A stretch of 64,000 bases of DNA, taken from NCBI GenBank assembly GCA_052390575.1, contig JBQTGU010000050.1:262-64261 (forward strand), in the 5' to 3' direction. The notes under the pieces are model-generated. The model was given only the letters and a program-made list of their open reading frames with translations. It made no database searches and had not been told where the DNA came from. Position numbers and translations under genes: made by a program. Origin of the DNA: Actinomycetota bacterium (lineage in GTDB: Bacteria; Actinomycetota; Acidimicrobiia; IMCC26256; JACDBD01). Positions 18,140 to 27,413 of the stretch are shown piece by piece. The first letter of the stretch is position 1. Each line of letters opens with the position of its first letter.

Positions 18140-19188
18140 ACTCCGCCCTCACGAACATCGAACTTCGCCCGGACCGCGTCACCCAGGTAGTTGAGTGACA
18201 GCACCGTGACGAAGATCATGATCGACGGCTCGAACACGATGTAGGGCGCCTTACCGCTGGTGAAGTGCCGGAACCCGCCGGTGATGATGTTGCCCCACGT
18301 GGGCGCGGGCGGGTCGATGCCGGCGCCGAGGATGCTGAGCGACGCCTCGGCGACCACGACGACCGCGATCGCCAGCAACGCGATGGCGGCCATCGCCGGC
18401 ACGACGTTCGGGAGCACTTCCCGGACCATGATCCGGACGTTCTTCGCGCCCTGAGCACGCGCCGCGGTGACGAATTCGCGTTGCGCCCACACCAGCGTGT
18501 TCGCGCGCGTGATACGCGCCAGCGTGGGGATCGCGATCAACCCGAGCGCGAGTGTCAGCGTCGCCCGCTCCGCCGTCTCCTTCGTGTTGAGGATCTCCAG
18601 TACCCGGTCCTCGAGGAAGATGGTCAGCGAGAGCGCCAGGATCAGCGCGGGGACGGAGAGCAGCACGTCCATCGCGGCCATGATGACGGTCTCGAGCCGG
18701 CCCCGGTAGTAGCCGGCGATCAGCCCGAGCGAGCCGCCGACGATGATGCCGATCGCGACCGAGCCGAACGCGACGAACAGCGAGTTGCGGGCCCCGTAGA
18801 TCAGCAGCGAGAGCATGTCGATCCCGAGCGCATCCCCTCCGAGGAAGTGGTTCTCGGTGGGGAACGGGATCGTGTGGAAGAAGAACGGGATGCCCTCGGG
18901 CAAGACCCGAACCGTCGTCGGGCCGAGGAAGGAGAGCCCCTCCACCCGCTCCTCCTTCCCCGGGATCGGGAGGAAGTCGGCGAGCGCGCAGGCAGCCACG
19001 AGCACCGTGAGCCATACGATCGCGAGCCAGGCGCCGAGGCCGAGCTTCTTCTTGACGATGCCTTCGTCACCGGCTTCGACCGCCGCCAAGGGGACACCGA
19101 CGCCGGCGTCGACCGGCAGCGTGTCGGTAACCGCGGCGGCGGTGATCTCGCGCTCGGCGACTGTTGTGTCAGGCCGTGGCTCGGGCAT
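18136..19188 (-). CDS. Peptide ABC transporter permease (OppC/DppC-like)
   Basis: Multi-TM BPD-type permease carrying the EAA-like loop ARAQGAKNVRIMVREVLPN. It overlaps the neighbouring genes. Confidence 0.85.
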   Translation of the reverse strand: MPEPRPDTTVAEREITAAAVTDTLPVDAGVGVPLAAVEAGDEGIVKKKLGLGAWLAIVWLTVLVAACALADFLPIPGKEERVEGLSFLGPTTVRVLPEGIPFFFHTIPFPTENHFLGGDALGIDMLSLLIYGARNSLFVAFGSVAIGIIVGGSLGLIAGYYRGRLETVIMAAMDVLLSVPALILALSLTIFLEDRVLEILNTKETAERATLTLALGLIAIPTLARITRANTLVWAQREFVTAARAQGAKNVRIMVREVLPNVVPAMAAIALLAIAVVVVAEASLSILGAGIDPPAPTWGNIITGGFRHFTSGKAPYIVFEPSIMIFVTVLSLNYLGDAVRAKFDVREGGV

Positions 19189-20308
19189 GGCGGATCCTCG
19201 GGTCCAAGATCGAGTAGAGGACGTCGACGATGACGTTGACCAAGACGTAGGCGACCGCGATCACCCCGATGAAGGTCTGGAGCGCCTCGTACTGGCGCTG
19301 GTTGATGGCGTTGATGATGAGGGTCCCCACCCCGCCGAGCTGGAAGATCACCTCGATGATGACGGCGCCGCCGATGAGGGCGCCGAGGTTGATCGCGGCC
19401 ACGGTGAGCAGCGAGAACGAGGATGGCCGCAGTGCATGACGGAGGAGGATGCGGCGGGTCGTCAGGCCCTTCGAGCGGGCCATGGTGATGAAGTCTTCCT
19501 GGAGGGTCTGGATCATGTCGCTGCGCAGCAGCCGCATGTAGATCGCGATCTGGGCGACGGCCAGGCTGACGGTGGGCAGGAACATCGCCTTGAAGTGCTC
19601 GCTGAAGTTGGTCCCGAGCGGGTGGAAAAGGTCGACCTTTCCCATGGGCTCGTAACCCGAGGTCGGGAAGAAGTCGTTCTTGACGCCGAGGTAGTAGATG
19701 AGGATGTAGGCGAGCACGAAGTTCGGTAACGACAGCAGCGCGAAGGCGCTGGTACTCAAGGACTTGTCGAGGCGGGTGCCGGATCGATAGGCCGCGAGGA
19801 TCCCGAAGGGGATGGCGAAGAGCAGCGCCAGGATCTGGGCGTACGCCATGAGCTGGAGCGACCGGGGCAGCCGGTCCCCGAGCCGGTCCCAGACCTTCTC
19901 CGACCGCACGCCGCTGCCCTCGGCCCCCGCCTGGTAGTAGCGGGTCTCGCCGGTGACGAACGCCTTGATGAAGACGCCGTACTGGACGAAGAGCGAGTCG
20001 TTGAGGCCGAGGTCGTCTCGCAGTTGTTCCCGCTCTTCGGGGGTGGAGGACGGGATGATCGCCTCCGTCGGGTCACCGGGCAGGAACCGGATCAGTGCCC
20101 CGGTGAAGAAGGTGACGAGGACGATCACCACCCCGATCAGGATCAGGCGACGCCAGCCGGCGAACATGACGACGCCCGTCATCACCGCCAGGACCAGCAC
20201 GGCGAGCCCGACCGTGGTGGACACCCAGACGAACAGGGCGACGAGGACGAAGAGGCCGAGAGCAGTCAGGCCCCATGGCACCAGCCGTTTGATTGTGTCC
20301 TGGTCCAT
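19169..20308 (-). CDS. Peptide ABC transporter permease (OppB/DppB-like) with an extra N-terminal TM region
   Basis: FLPGDP motif and MARSKGLTTRRILLRHALRPS. The start could instead be an internal Met43 or Met48. Confidence 0.8.
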   Translation of the reverse strand: MDQDTIKRLVPWGLTALGLFVLVALFVWVSTTVGLAVLVLAVMTGVVMFAGWRRLILIGVVIVLVTFFTGALIRFLPGDPTEAIIPSSTPEEREQLRDDLGLNDSLFVQYGVFIKAFVTGETRYYQAGAEGSGVRSEKVWDRLGDRLPRSLQLMAYAQILALLFAIPFGILAAYRSGTRLDKSLSTSAFALLSLPNFVLAYILIYYLGVKNDFFPTSGYEPMGKVDLFHPLGTNFSEHFKAMFLPTVSLAVAQIAIYMRLLRSDMIQTLQEDFITMARSKGLTTRRILLRHALRPSSFSLLTVAAINLGALIGGAVIIEVIFQLGGVGTLIINAINQRQYEALQTFIGVIAVAYVLVNVIVDVLYSILDPRIRHARATA

Positions 20309-20361
20309 GACCTACCGACGGCTCGTCACCGTGGGCTGCTCCTCCAGTCCTCCTTGACCGC

Positions 20362-22119
20362 CTAGTCCCGCCAGAGCCCGACCACGGGTTGGACACTGGC
20401 GATGATCACGGGCTCGCTGCCGTCCGGGTTCTCGGGCGGGAACAGCCCGTGGATGTCGTTGCCGGCCGCGAACGCCCACAGCGTGTACCAGCCCCAGATG
20501 TTGTAGGCCTGCTCGGCGAAGCGCTTGCTGATGCCCTGGTAGATCTCGGCGCGTGCCGCCGGATCGGTCTCGGCGCGGCCTTCGTCGAACAGCCGGTCGA
20601 TCTCGGGGTCCTTGATCCGGTTGAAGTTCACGAAGTTGTTGGCGCCGCTCTCGATGGTGCTGTACCACCACACGAACTGCGTGCCGGGGTCTCCGCCGGG
20701 GTGGTTGCGCCACAGGAAGGCGTTGAAGTCGCCGCTCAGCGCCTGCGTGATCAGCTGGGCCTGCTCGACCTGGTCGAGCGTCACGGACACGCCGTCACCC
20801 AGGGACTCCTGGATCTGGGACGTCGCCAGCCGGGCCAGTTCGATGGTGCCCGGGTCGGTGGTGCTCTTGAGCTCGAAGGTGAGCACGCTCTGACCGGTCT
20901 CCGTCTTCCAGGCCTCGAGGAACTCCTTGGCCTTCGCCGGGTCGTACTCGGGGTAGCCGAGCTCTTCGGGATCGACGTAGGCGATGTTGTCCTCGCCGAA
21001 CGGCTGCACCGAGCGCTCGACGATCCCGTCCTGGGTGATCTGGATGATCTCTTCCATGTTGACGGCGTGAGCCACCGCCAGACGGGCGTTCTGGCTGGAG
21101 AACGGCGACTTCTCGGGGTCGACGTTCAGCATCGTGTAGCTCGTCTCGGGAGCGAAGTCCGACTCGAGCAGGTTGATGTCACCCGCCTCGGCGTCGCTGC
21201 GCAGCACCGAGATCTGCTGACCGTCGGTGGTGTGGATGACGTCCAGCTCGCCCCCCTTGAGGCCGTTCACCCGTTGGGCGACCTCCACGACGGGGCGGAA
21301 CTCGATCTCGTCGAGGTACGGGAGCTGCTCCCCGTTGGCGTCCTCGCGCCAGTAGTCGGGGTTGGCCGTGGCGGTGAAGTGGTCGTCGACCGCCCAGCAC
21401 TCGCCCACGCACATGAACGGCCCGGTGCCGATCGGCTGCCGGGGGCAGGTGGCGGGGTTGTTGAGCTGGTTGGGAGAAGCCATGGCGATGCGACCGGTTC
21501 CCCAGAGCAGCGCGTCGAAGCCCACGAACGGGACCTCGGTGGTGACCTTCACCGTCAGGTCGTCGACGACGTCCACCGCCGAGACCTTCTCGAAGACGAA
21601 CGAGAACAACGGCGCCGCGATGGCACCCATGCCCCGGAAGGTGTCGAGGTTGAGCTTCACCGCCTCGGCGTTGAGCGGAACGTCGTCGTGGAACGTGATG
21701 CCCTCACGCAGTCCGATGGTCCACTCGGTGTAGGTGTCGTTGTGCTCGAGCGACTCGGCCAGGAACGGTGCGTACTTCACGCCGCCTTCGCCGTCGCTCG
21801 CGGGGACTGTGAGCGTGTCGTAGATGGCGTCGCCGACCTGGATGGCGGGCGCGGCCCACTGGCCCTGCGGCGGGCAGTAGCCGTTGGCGGGGTTGTTCTC
21901 GGCTTCGAGGCCGTAGACGACCTTGCCCCCCCGCTTCGGTGTGCCCTCGTCGGCCACCTTGTCGAACTGGGCGCCCACGTCGCCCTTACCGCCGCCGCCA
22001 CCACCGCCGCTGCGGCTGCTCCCGCCGCCACACGCGGCGGCGATCATGGTGGCTGCCGCCATCACGGCAACGATCGGAATCCACCGTCGACGCGGTGCGT
22101 GTCGGTGCGAGTCGAGCAC
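20362..22119 (-). CDS. ABC transporter substrate-binding lipoprotein, family 5 (OppA/DppA-like)
   Basis: Signal peptide with lipobox (MIAAACGGGS). The 585-aa length and its position heading the permease/ATPase operon fit this family. Confidence 0.85.
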   Translation of the reverse strand: MLDSHRHAPRRRWIPIVAVMAAATMIAAACGGGSSRSGGGGGGGKGDVGAQFDKVADEGTPKRGGKVVYGLEAENNPANGYCPPQGQWAAPAIQVGDAIYDTLTVPASDGEGGVKYAPFLAESLEHNDTYTEWTIGLREGITFHDDVPLNAEAVKLNLDTFRGMGAIAAPLFSFVFEKVSAVDVVDDLTVKVTTEVPFVGFDALLWGTGRIAMASPNQLNNPATCPRQPIGTGPFMCVGECWAVDDHFTATANPDYWREDANGEQLPYLDEIEFRPVVEVAQRVNGLKGGELDVIHTTDGQQISVLRSDAEAGDINLLESDFAPETSYTMLNVDPEKSPFSSQNARLAVAHAVNMEEIIQITQDGIVERSVQPFGEDNIAYVDPEELGYPEYDPAKAKEFLEAWKTETGQSVLTFELKSTTDPGTIELARLATSQIQESLGDGVSVTLDQVEQAQLITQALSGDFNAFLWRNHPGGDPGTQFVWWYSTIESGANNFVNFNRIKDPEIDRLFDEGRAETDPAARAEIYQGISKRFAEQAYNIWGWYTLWAFAAGNDIHGLFPPENPDGSEPVIIASVQPVVGLWRD

Positions 22120-22313
22120 GGTGTCCCCCCCGTGTCAGTCGGGGCGTCGCGGCCCCGCCTATGCCCACATGCTCCGCCGGAACGGCCCAAATCGGCCCGC
22201 CGGCGGGGTTGTCGCCGCAACAATACGAGCAATCGTCGCCTTGTCAACCGCGACCGGTGCCAAACCTACCCTCGGGGTAGGTCTCGGGGCGATCCGGCGC
22301 GACCCGCCCGGGA

Positions 22314-22754
22314 GTGTGCAAGTACCGTCCCGGCGTGGGCCCCGAAGGACTGCGGCTGAGCCGGACCTGCGTGATCCCGGCGGCCGAGCTGGAGTGGCGT
22401 TTCTCGGGAGCGAGCGGGCCGGGTGGACAACACGTGAACACCGCGAACACCCGGGTCGAGCTGCGCTTCGACGTGGCCGGCTCGCGCTCGCTGGGACCGC
22501 ACGAGCGCCAGCGCCTGCTCGAGCGGTTCGGGCCGGTTGTGCGGGTGGTGGCCTCGGACACGCGCTCGCAGGCCCGGAACCGTGAGCTGGCCCTCGGGCG
22601 CATGCGCGCCCGTCTCGCCGACGCGCTGCGGCGCCCTCCGCTCCCGCGTCGGCCGACCGCGCCGACCGCCGGTTCCCGCCGCTCCCGGCTGGAGCGGAAG
22701 CGCCGCCGGGGCGACGTGAAGCGACGGCGACGCCCCCCGACACCCGACGACTAG
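22314..22754 (+). CDS. arfB: Alternative ribosome-rescue factor ArfB (peptidyl-tRNA hydrolase, GGQ domain)
   Basis: SGPGGQHVNT GGQ motif and a basic C-terminal tail (RKRRRGDVKRRRR). The start may be the GTG at 22335. Confidence 0.85.
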   Translation: MCKYRPGVGPEGLRLSRTCVIPAAELEWRFSGASGPGGQHVNTANTRVELRFDVAGSRSLGPHERQRLLERFGPVVRVVASDTRSQARNRELALGRMRARLADALRRPPLPRRPTAPTAGSRRSRLERKRRRGDVKRRRRPPTPDD

Positions 22755-22764
22755 AACTCGCCTC

Positions 22765-23853
22765 TTGGACGCCGTGGTCGAGGTGGCGTGGTTCGGGGGT
22801 GGCGCGCTGCTCGTGCTGGTCGCGCTCGACTCCGCGGTGCGGACGTTCGTCCTTCCCCGCGGAGTGGTCGTCCCGTATTCCCGGCTGGTGTTTGTGGCGG
22901 TGCGCCGGCTGTTCGACCTCCGCCTGCGCTTCGCTCGCAGCTACGAAGCCCGCGACCGGGTGATGGCCATGTACGCACCCCTGACCCTGCTGGTCCTGCC
23001 GGCCACCTGGCTCGTGCTCGTCATCACCGGGTTCACCGGCATGTTCCGGGCGCTGGGCGTCCCGACCTGGCGCGAGGCGTTCACCACCGCCGGCTCGTCG
23101 CTGTTCACCCTCGGCTTCGCCCGGCCTCCCGACCTACCCACGACGGCGCTGGCGTTCTCGAACTCCACCATCGGTCTCGGGCTGGTCGCACTGCTCATCT
23201 CCTACCTGCCCACCATCTACAACTCATTTTCGCGGCGGGAGCGGCGTGTGGCCGCCCTCGCGACCCGGGCTGGTACACCGCCGTCGGCGGTCGACCTGCT
23301 GATCCGGCAGCATCGGATCGGGCGCCTCGACGAGCTGGACGGCCTCTGGATCACCTGGCAGGAGTGGTTCGCCGAGCTCGAGGAGACGCACACCTCGCTG
23401 GCGCTCCTCGTGTTCTTCCGCTCGCCCCAGCCCGACCGCTCCTGGGTGACGGCGTCGGGGGCGGTGCTCGACTCGGCCGCGTTCGTGAACTCGACCATCG
23501 ACGTGCCCTGGACGCCGCAAGCCGGCCTGTGCGTCCGGTCGGGCTACATCGCGCTGCGGGCCATCGGCGACTTCTTCGGCGTGCCCTACGACCCTGACCC
23601 GGCCCCCACTGACGCGATCAGCATCGCGCGCGAGGAGTTCGACGAAGCCTGCGCGACGTTGGCCGCCGCCGGCGTGCCGCTCAAGGCGGACCGCGACCAG
23701 GCGTGGCGCGACTTCGCCGGCTGGCGCGTCAACTACGACACCGTGCTGCTCGCCCTGGCGAACCTGACGGTGGCGCCGTACGCGCCCTGGTCGTCCGACC
23801 GGTCGTTTCGTTTCCGGGTGCGGGAGCTGCCGCGCCGCCGGAGTCGCGGCTAA
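22765..23853 (+). CDS. Hypothetical integral membrane protein
   Basis: Four to five hydrophobic helices in the N-terminal half and a soluble C-terminal half. I cannot assign a family. Confidence 0.55.
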   Translation: MDAVVEVAWFGGGALLVLVALDSAVRTFVLPRGVVVPYSRLVFVAVRRLFDLRLRFARSYEARDRVMAMYAPLTLLVLPATWLVLVITGFTGMFRALGVPTWREAFTTAGSSLFTLGFARPPDLPTTALAFSNSTIGLGLVALLISYLPTIYNSFSRRERRVAALATRAGTPPSAVDLLIRQHRIGRLDELDGLWITWQEWFAELEETHTSLALLVFFRSPQPDRSWVTASGAVLDSAAFVNSTIDVPWTPQAGLCVRSGYIALRAIGDFFGVPYDPDPAPTDAISIAREEFDEACATLAAAGVPLKADRDQAWRDFAGWRVNYDTVLLALANLTVAPYAPWSSDRSFRFRVRELPRRRSRG

Positions 23854-25142
23854 CTCGCCATGCCGCGCACCGGCTCCGCCGGCGCCTCGGGGTGACGAGC
23901 CCGGTACGCCGAGTAGAGCCAGGCGAGGAAGCGCTCGACGCCGAGCACCGCGTAGGCGGTCCGGACCGAGTGGAAGATCTCGAACGCGTGCGACGCGCCC
24001 GGAACCTCGGCGTAGAGCACCGGCTCGCGTGACCGCCCCCGCAGCGCGGCGACGAACCGCCGCGCCTGGCCGACCGGCACGAGGTTGTCGCGGGTGCCGT
24101 GCACGACGAAGAACGGCGGCGCGTCCTCAGAGACGTGCGCGATCGGCGACGCCCGCTCGAACGCGGCACGGTCCTCGGCGAGGGTGGTGCCCGTCACCAT
24201 CCGTTCGAACCGGGCCGCGCCCCGGGTCGGCCCCCCGTGCCGCTCGAACAGGTCGACCAGGTCGTAGACGCCGTAGAACGGCACGCACGCGCTCACCGCC
24301 GTGTCCGTCTCCTCGAAACCCGGCTGGTACTCGGGATCGTTCGCGGTCAGCGCGAGCAAGGACGAGAGGTGGCCACCCGCGGAGCCGCCCGTGACCACGA
24401 CGAAGTCGGGATTGCCGCCGTACTCGGCGACGTGCTCGCGCACCCAGCGCAGCGCGAGCTTGCAGTCGACGAGGTGGTCGGGGAACTTCGCCCGCGGGCT
24501 CAGGCGGTAGTTGTTGGCGACGCAGACCCATCCCCGCGCCGCCAGGTGCAGCATGAGGGGGAGACCCTGCTGACCCTTGTCGCCGATGACCCAGGCGCCC
24601 CCGTGGATCTGAAGCAGCACCGGCGCGCCCTCGACCCCTTCCCTCGGCCGGTACACGTCGAGGCGGTGGCGTCGCCCCGCGCCCGGCGCGTACTCGATGT
24701 TCCTGACCCGCTCGACCCGGCGGTCGCGCAGGTAGAAGGGGAGGAGCAGCTGGAGCCGGGACGGACGCGACGCCATCCGCTCGGCCAGCCCGGGCGCGAT
24801 CTCGGAGCGATAGTCGGGACCGAGGCCCTCCTCGAGCGCCTGCTCCATGACCCGCGCCGATCGCAGCGCCCCGATCTGTAACCACACCAGTCCGGCCCAC
24901 GACCCGATGGTGATGCCGAGCCCGACCAGGCCGGGCCAGGCGTCGAGCGCGCCAAGCCACACGAACACGGCGGCGGCGGCAACCTGCCAGACGAGGTGGA
25001 AGAGGGCGAGCTCGCCCGTGAGCCAACCGGCGAAGAAGCTCACCCCCTGGGTCTGCCACCGCCGCGACGGCCGGAAGGCGTTGAACGTGAACGCGGCGCC
25101 CACCACGCTCACGGCGAGGAACACCCAGGGCATGGCCTGCAT
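23850..25142 (-). CDS. Alpha/beta hydrolase (esterase/lipase, HSL-like) with N-terminal TM segments
   Basis: HGGAW oxyanion-type motif and the GGSAGG nucleophile elbow. Confidence 0.8.
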   Translation of the reverse strand: MQAMPWVFLAVSVVGAAFTFNAFRPSRRWQTQGVSFFAGWLTGELALFHLVWQVAAAAVFVWLGALDAWPGLVGLGITIGSWAGLVWLQIGALRSARVMEQALEEGLGPDYRSEIAPGLAERMASRPSRLQLLLPFYLRDRRVERVRNIEYAPGAGRRHRLDVYRPREGVEGAPVLLQIHGGAWVIGDKGQQGLPLMLHLAARGWVCVANNYRLSPRAKFPDHLVDCKLALRWVREHVAEYGGNPDFVVVTGGSAGGHLSSLLALTANDPEYQPGFEETDTAVSACVPFYGVYDLVDLFERHGGPTRGAARFERMVTGTTLAEDRAAFERASPIAHVSEDAPPFFVVHGTRDNLVPVGQARRFVAALRGRSREPVLYAEVPGASHAFEIFHSVRTAYAVLGVERFLAWLYSAYRARHPEAPAEPVRGMAS

Positions 25143-25155
25143 TGTGACCGACGCG

Positions 25156-25968
25156 TCAGCGGGGCTGCGGATGCGGGAGCGCCTCGAAGAGATCGTCCTC
25201 GCTGATCCCCGGCGCCGCGCCCCGCCGGATGAACCACTCGTGGCCGAACGCCTCCCGGAACGCGTCGGCCGGCATCATCAGGAAGAAGTGGTTCTCGTCG
25301 ATCTGGCTCTGGTGGGCGGCCATGGCGGCGCGCTTCTTGTCGACGAAGTCGCGCACGTCGACCGAGGTCGTGATCAGCGCCTCGGGAGTGCCGAACTCGC
25401 CGAAGTCATCCGGGTTGGGTCGCTCGACACCCTCGGGGATCTCGGCCTCGCGCTCGCGCAGCAGCCGGAGGATGTGGTCGCGGTTCATGGTCGACTCGTA
25501 CACGCCCGGGGTTCCGGCGAGCTCAGCGGCGCGCAGCCCGACCCGGTGCACCTGGATGTGGTCGGGGTGCCCGTACCCGCCGTGGTCGTCGTAGGCGGTG
25601 AGCACGTCCGCGCCCTCCTCCTCGAGGATGGCCGCCAACCGGCCGGCGGCCTCGTCGAGGTCGGCCGACCAGAACGCGTTCGGCTCGTCGTTGGTCGGCT
25701 CGCCCATCATCCCGGAGTCCCGGTACCCGAGGAACTCGACCCGGTGCACGCCCAGGATCTCGGCGGCACGCTCGGTCTCCGCCACCCGGCGCTGCCACAG
25801 CTCCTCGCCCGGCTCGAGCACGCCGTCGGCGACCTCCCCGAGCTCGCCCCGGGTCGCGACCACCAGCACGACCCGGTGGCCCTCGGCGGAGTAGCGGGCC
25901 ATGACCCCGCCGGTGGCGATGGCCTCGTCGTCGGGGTGGGCGTGGAAGGTCACGAGCGTGTGGGTCAC
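25156..25968 (-). CDS. PIG-L family deacetylase (LmbE/MshB-like)
   Basis: VTFHAHPDDEAI motif, and HPDH later in the protein. Confidence 0.8.
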   Translation of the reverse strand: MTHTLVTFHAHPDDEAIATGGVMARYSAEGHRVVLVVATRGELGEVADGVLEPGEELWQRRVAETERAAEILGVHRVEFLGYRDSGMMGEPTNDEPNAFWSADLDEAAGRLAAILEEEGADVLTAYDDHGGYGHPDHIQVHRVGLRAAELAGTPGVYESTMNRDHILRLLREREAEIPEGVERPNPDDFGEFGTPEALITTSVDVRDFVDKKRAAMAAHQSQIDENHFFLMMPADAFREAFGHEWFIRRGAAPGISEDDLFEALPHPQPR

Positions 25969-26058
25969 GCCCGAATGCTCGCGCGTCCGCGGCGGGTGCC
26001 GAGCGGCGGTCCGAAGTGGGCGCTATCGTCCCAGCGCTACCTGACAGGGGGGTCAGCA

Positions 26059-27348
26059 ATGCGGGCTCGAGCGGTCGCGGTGCTCATGGTGGTCGGACTC
26101 GTCGCCGTGGCGTGCGGCAACGAGGAGAGCGGCGGGAGCGGCGAGGGATCGGGCCGCCCCGGCGTGACCGACGACGAGATCCGCGTCGGCGGTGTCGTGG
26201 GCAAGACCAACCCCGTCGGCCGTCCGTACGCCGACGCGTTCGCCGGCGTGAAGGCCTACTTCGACATGATCAACGAAGAGGAAGGCGGGGTCTTCGGGAA
26301 GAAGCTGAAGCTGGTCGCCGAGCGCGACGACCAGTCGCAGGCCTCCCGAAACATCCAGCAGGTGCGGGCCCTGGTGGAGGAGGACAAGGTCTTCGCGATC
26401 GTCCCGGTGGTCACCCAGATCTTTGCCGGTGCCCAGTACCTCGCCGAGCAGGGCATTCCGACGTTCGGGTGGGACATCAACGCCGAGTGGTCGAGCGGCC
26501 CCAACCTCTTCGGGGAGAAGGGGTCGTTCCTCTGCTTCGACTGCCCCTCCTACCACCCGCCGTACGTCGCCCAGCAGGTCGGCGCGACCAACGCGGCAGT
26601 GTTCGCCTACGGCAACGCCGCCCAGTCGCTCGACTGTGCCGAGGGCGTGAAGAACGGCTTCAACACCTACGGTCCGCCGATCGCGTTCGAGGACACCAGC
26701 CTCACGTTCGGGTTCACCGACCTCAGCGCCGACATCGCCGGGATCCGCGAGAACAACGTCGACTTCATCGCAACGTGCATGGACGTCAACGGGAACGCCA
26801 ACATCGCCCAGGCGCTCAAGGACGCCGGGATCGAGGTGAAGGGTATCTACTCGCCCGAGGGCTACGCCCAGGACGTGCTCGATGACCTCGGGGAGAAGGT
26901 CGAGGGCTTCTACTTCGGCTCCGACTTCGTGCCGTTCGAGGCGCCCGAGGGCTCCGAGGGCATGCAGCAGTTCCTCGCCGCCATGGAGAAGCTCGACAAG
27001 ACCCCGAGCGAGCAGGGTCTCGCCGGCTGGATCAACGCCACCCTGTTCGTCGAGGGCCTCAAGGCGGCGGGGAAGAACTTCACCCAGCAGAAGGTGGTCG
27101 ACGCCATCAACCAGATCACCGACTTCACCGCCAACGGCATCGTGTCCGAGCAGGACTGGACCAAGGCCCACGCCGCCGATCCCGCGGCCGACGGGTGCAC
27201 CGCGCTGCTCCAGGCTCAGAACGGCGAGTTCGTGCCCGTGTTCGGCGAGGAGGGGAAGCCGTTCGTCTGCTTCCTGAACGACCAGGTGGCCAAGACCGGA
27301 CCGCCCGACCTCAGCGCTCCGGTCATCCGGGGGGCGGCCCGGGAGTGA
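26059..27348 (+). CDS. Branched-chain amino acid ABC transporter substrate-binding lipoprotein (LivJ-like), copy 1
   Basis: Lipobox VAVACGNEESGG, Type I periplasmic-binding-protein fold (PBP1)-type sequence, and position at the head of the liv-type operon. The start is the internal ATG of the long track ORF 24847..27348. Confidence 0.85.
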   Translation: MRARAVAVLMVVGLVAVACGNEESGGSGEGSGRPGVTDDEIRVGGVVGKTNPVGRPYADAFAGVKAYFDMINEEEGGVFGKKLKLVAERDDQSQASRNIQQVRALVEEDKVFAIVPVVTQIFAGAQYLAEQGIPTFGWDINAEWSSGPNLFGEKGSFLCFDCPSYHPPYVAQQVGATNAAVFAYGNAAQSLDCAEGVKNGFNTYGPPIAFEDTSLTFGFTDLSADIAGIRENNVDFIATCMDVNGNANIAQALKDAGIEVKGIYSPEGYAQDVLDDLGEKVEGFYFGSDFVPFEAPEGSEGMQQFLAAMEKLDKTPSEQGLAGWINATLFVEGLKAAGKNFTQQKVVDAINQITDFTANGIVSEQDWTKAHAADPAADGCTALLQAQNGEFVPVFGEEGKPFVCFLNDQVAKTGPPDLSAPVIRGAARE

Positions 27349-27413
27349 TCGACGTAACCTGACGCGCGTGTTAGGAAACGCTCGGGGCTGACGGAATCGA
27401 TCGGGGGCGAGCG

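Noticed and set aside
23050-23130. FTLGFARP in the hypothetical membrane protein looked like a degenerate K+-channel selectivity filter (TxGYG).
   Set aside because: The filter glycine pattern is broken (GFA rather than GYG/GFG), and I could not support a pore-helix/TM2 arrangement by eye. The protein is left as hypothetical.
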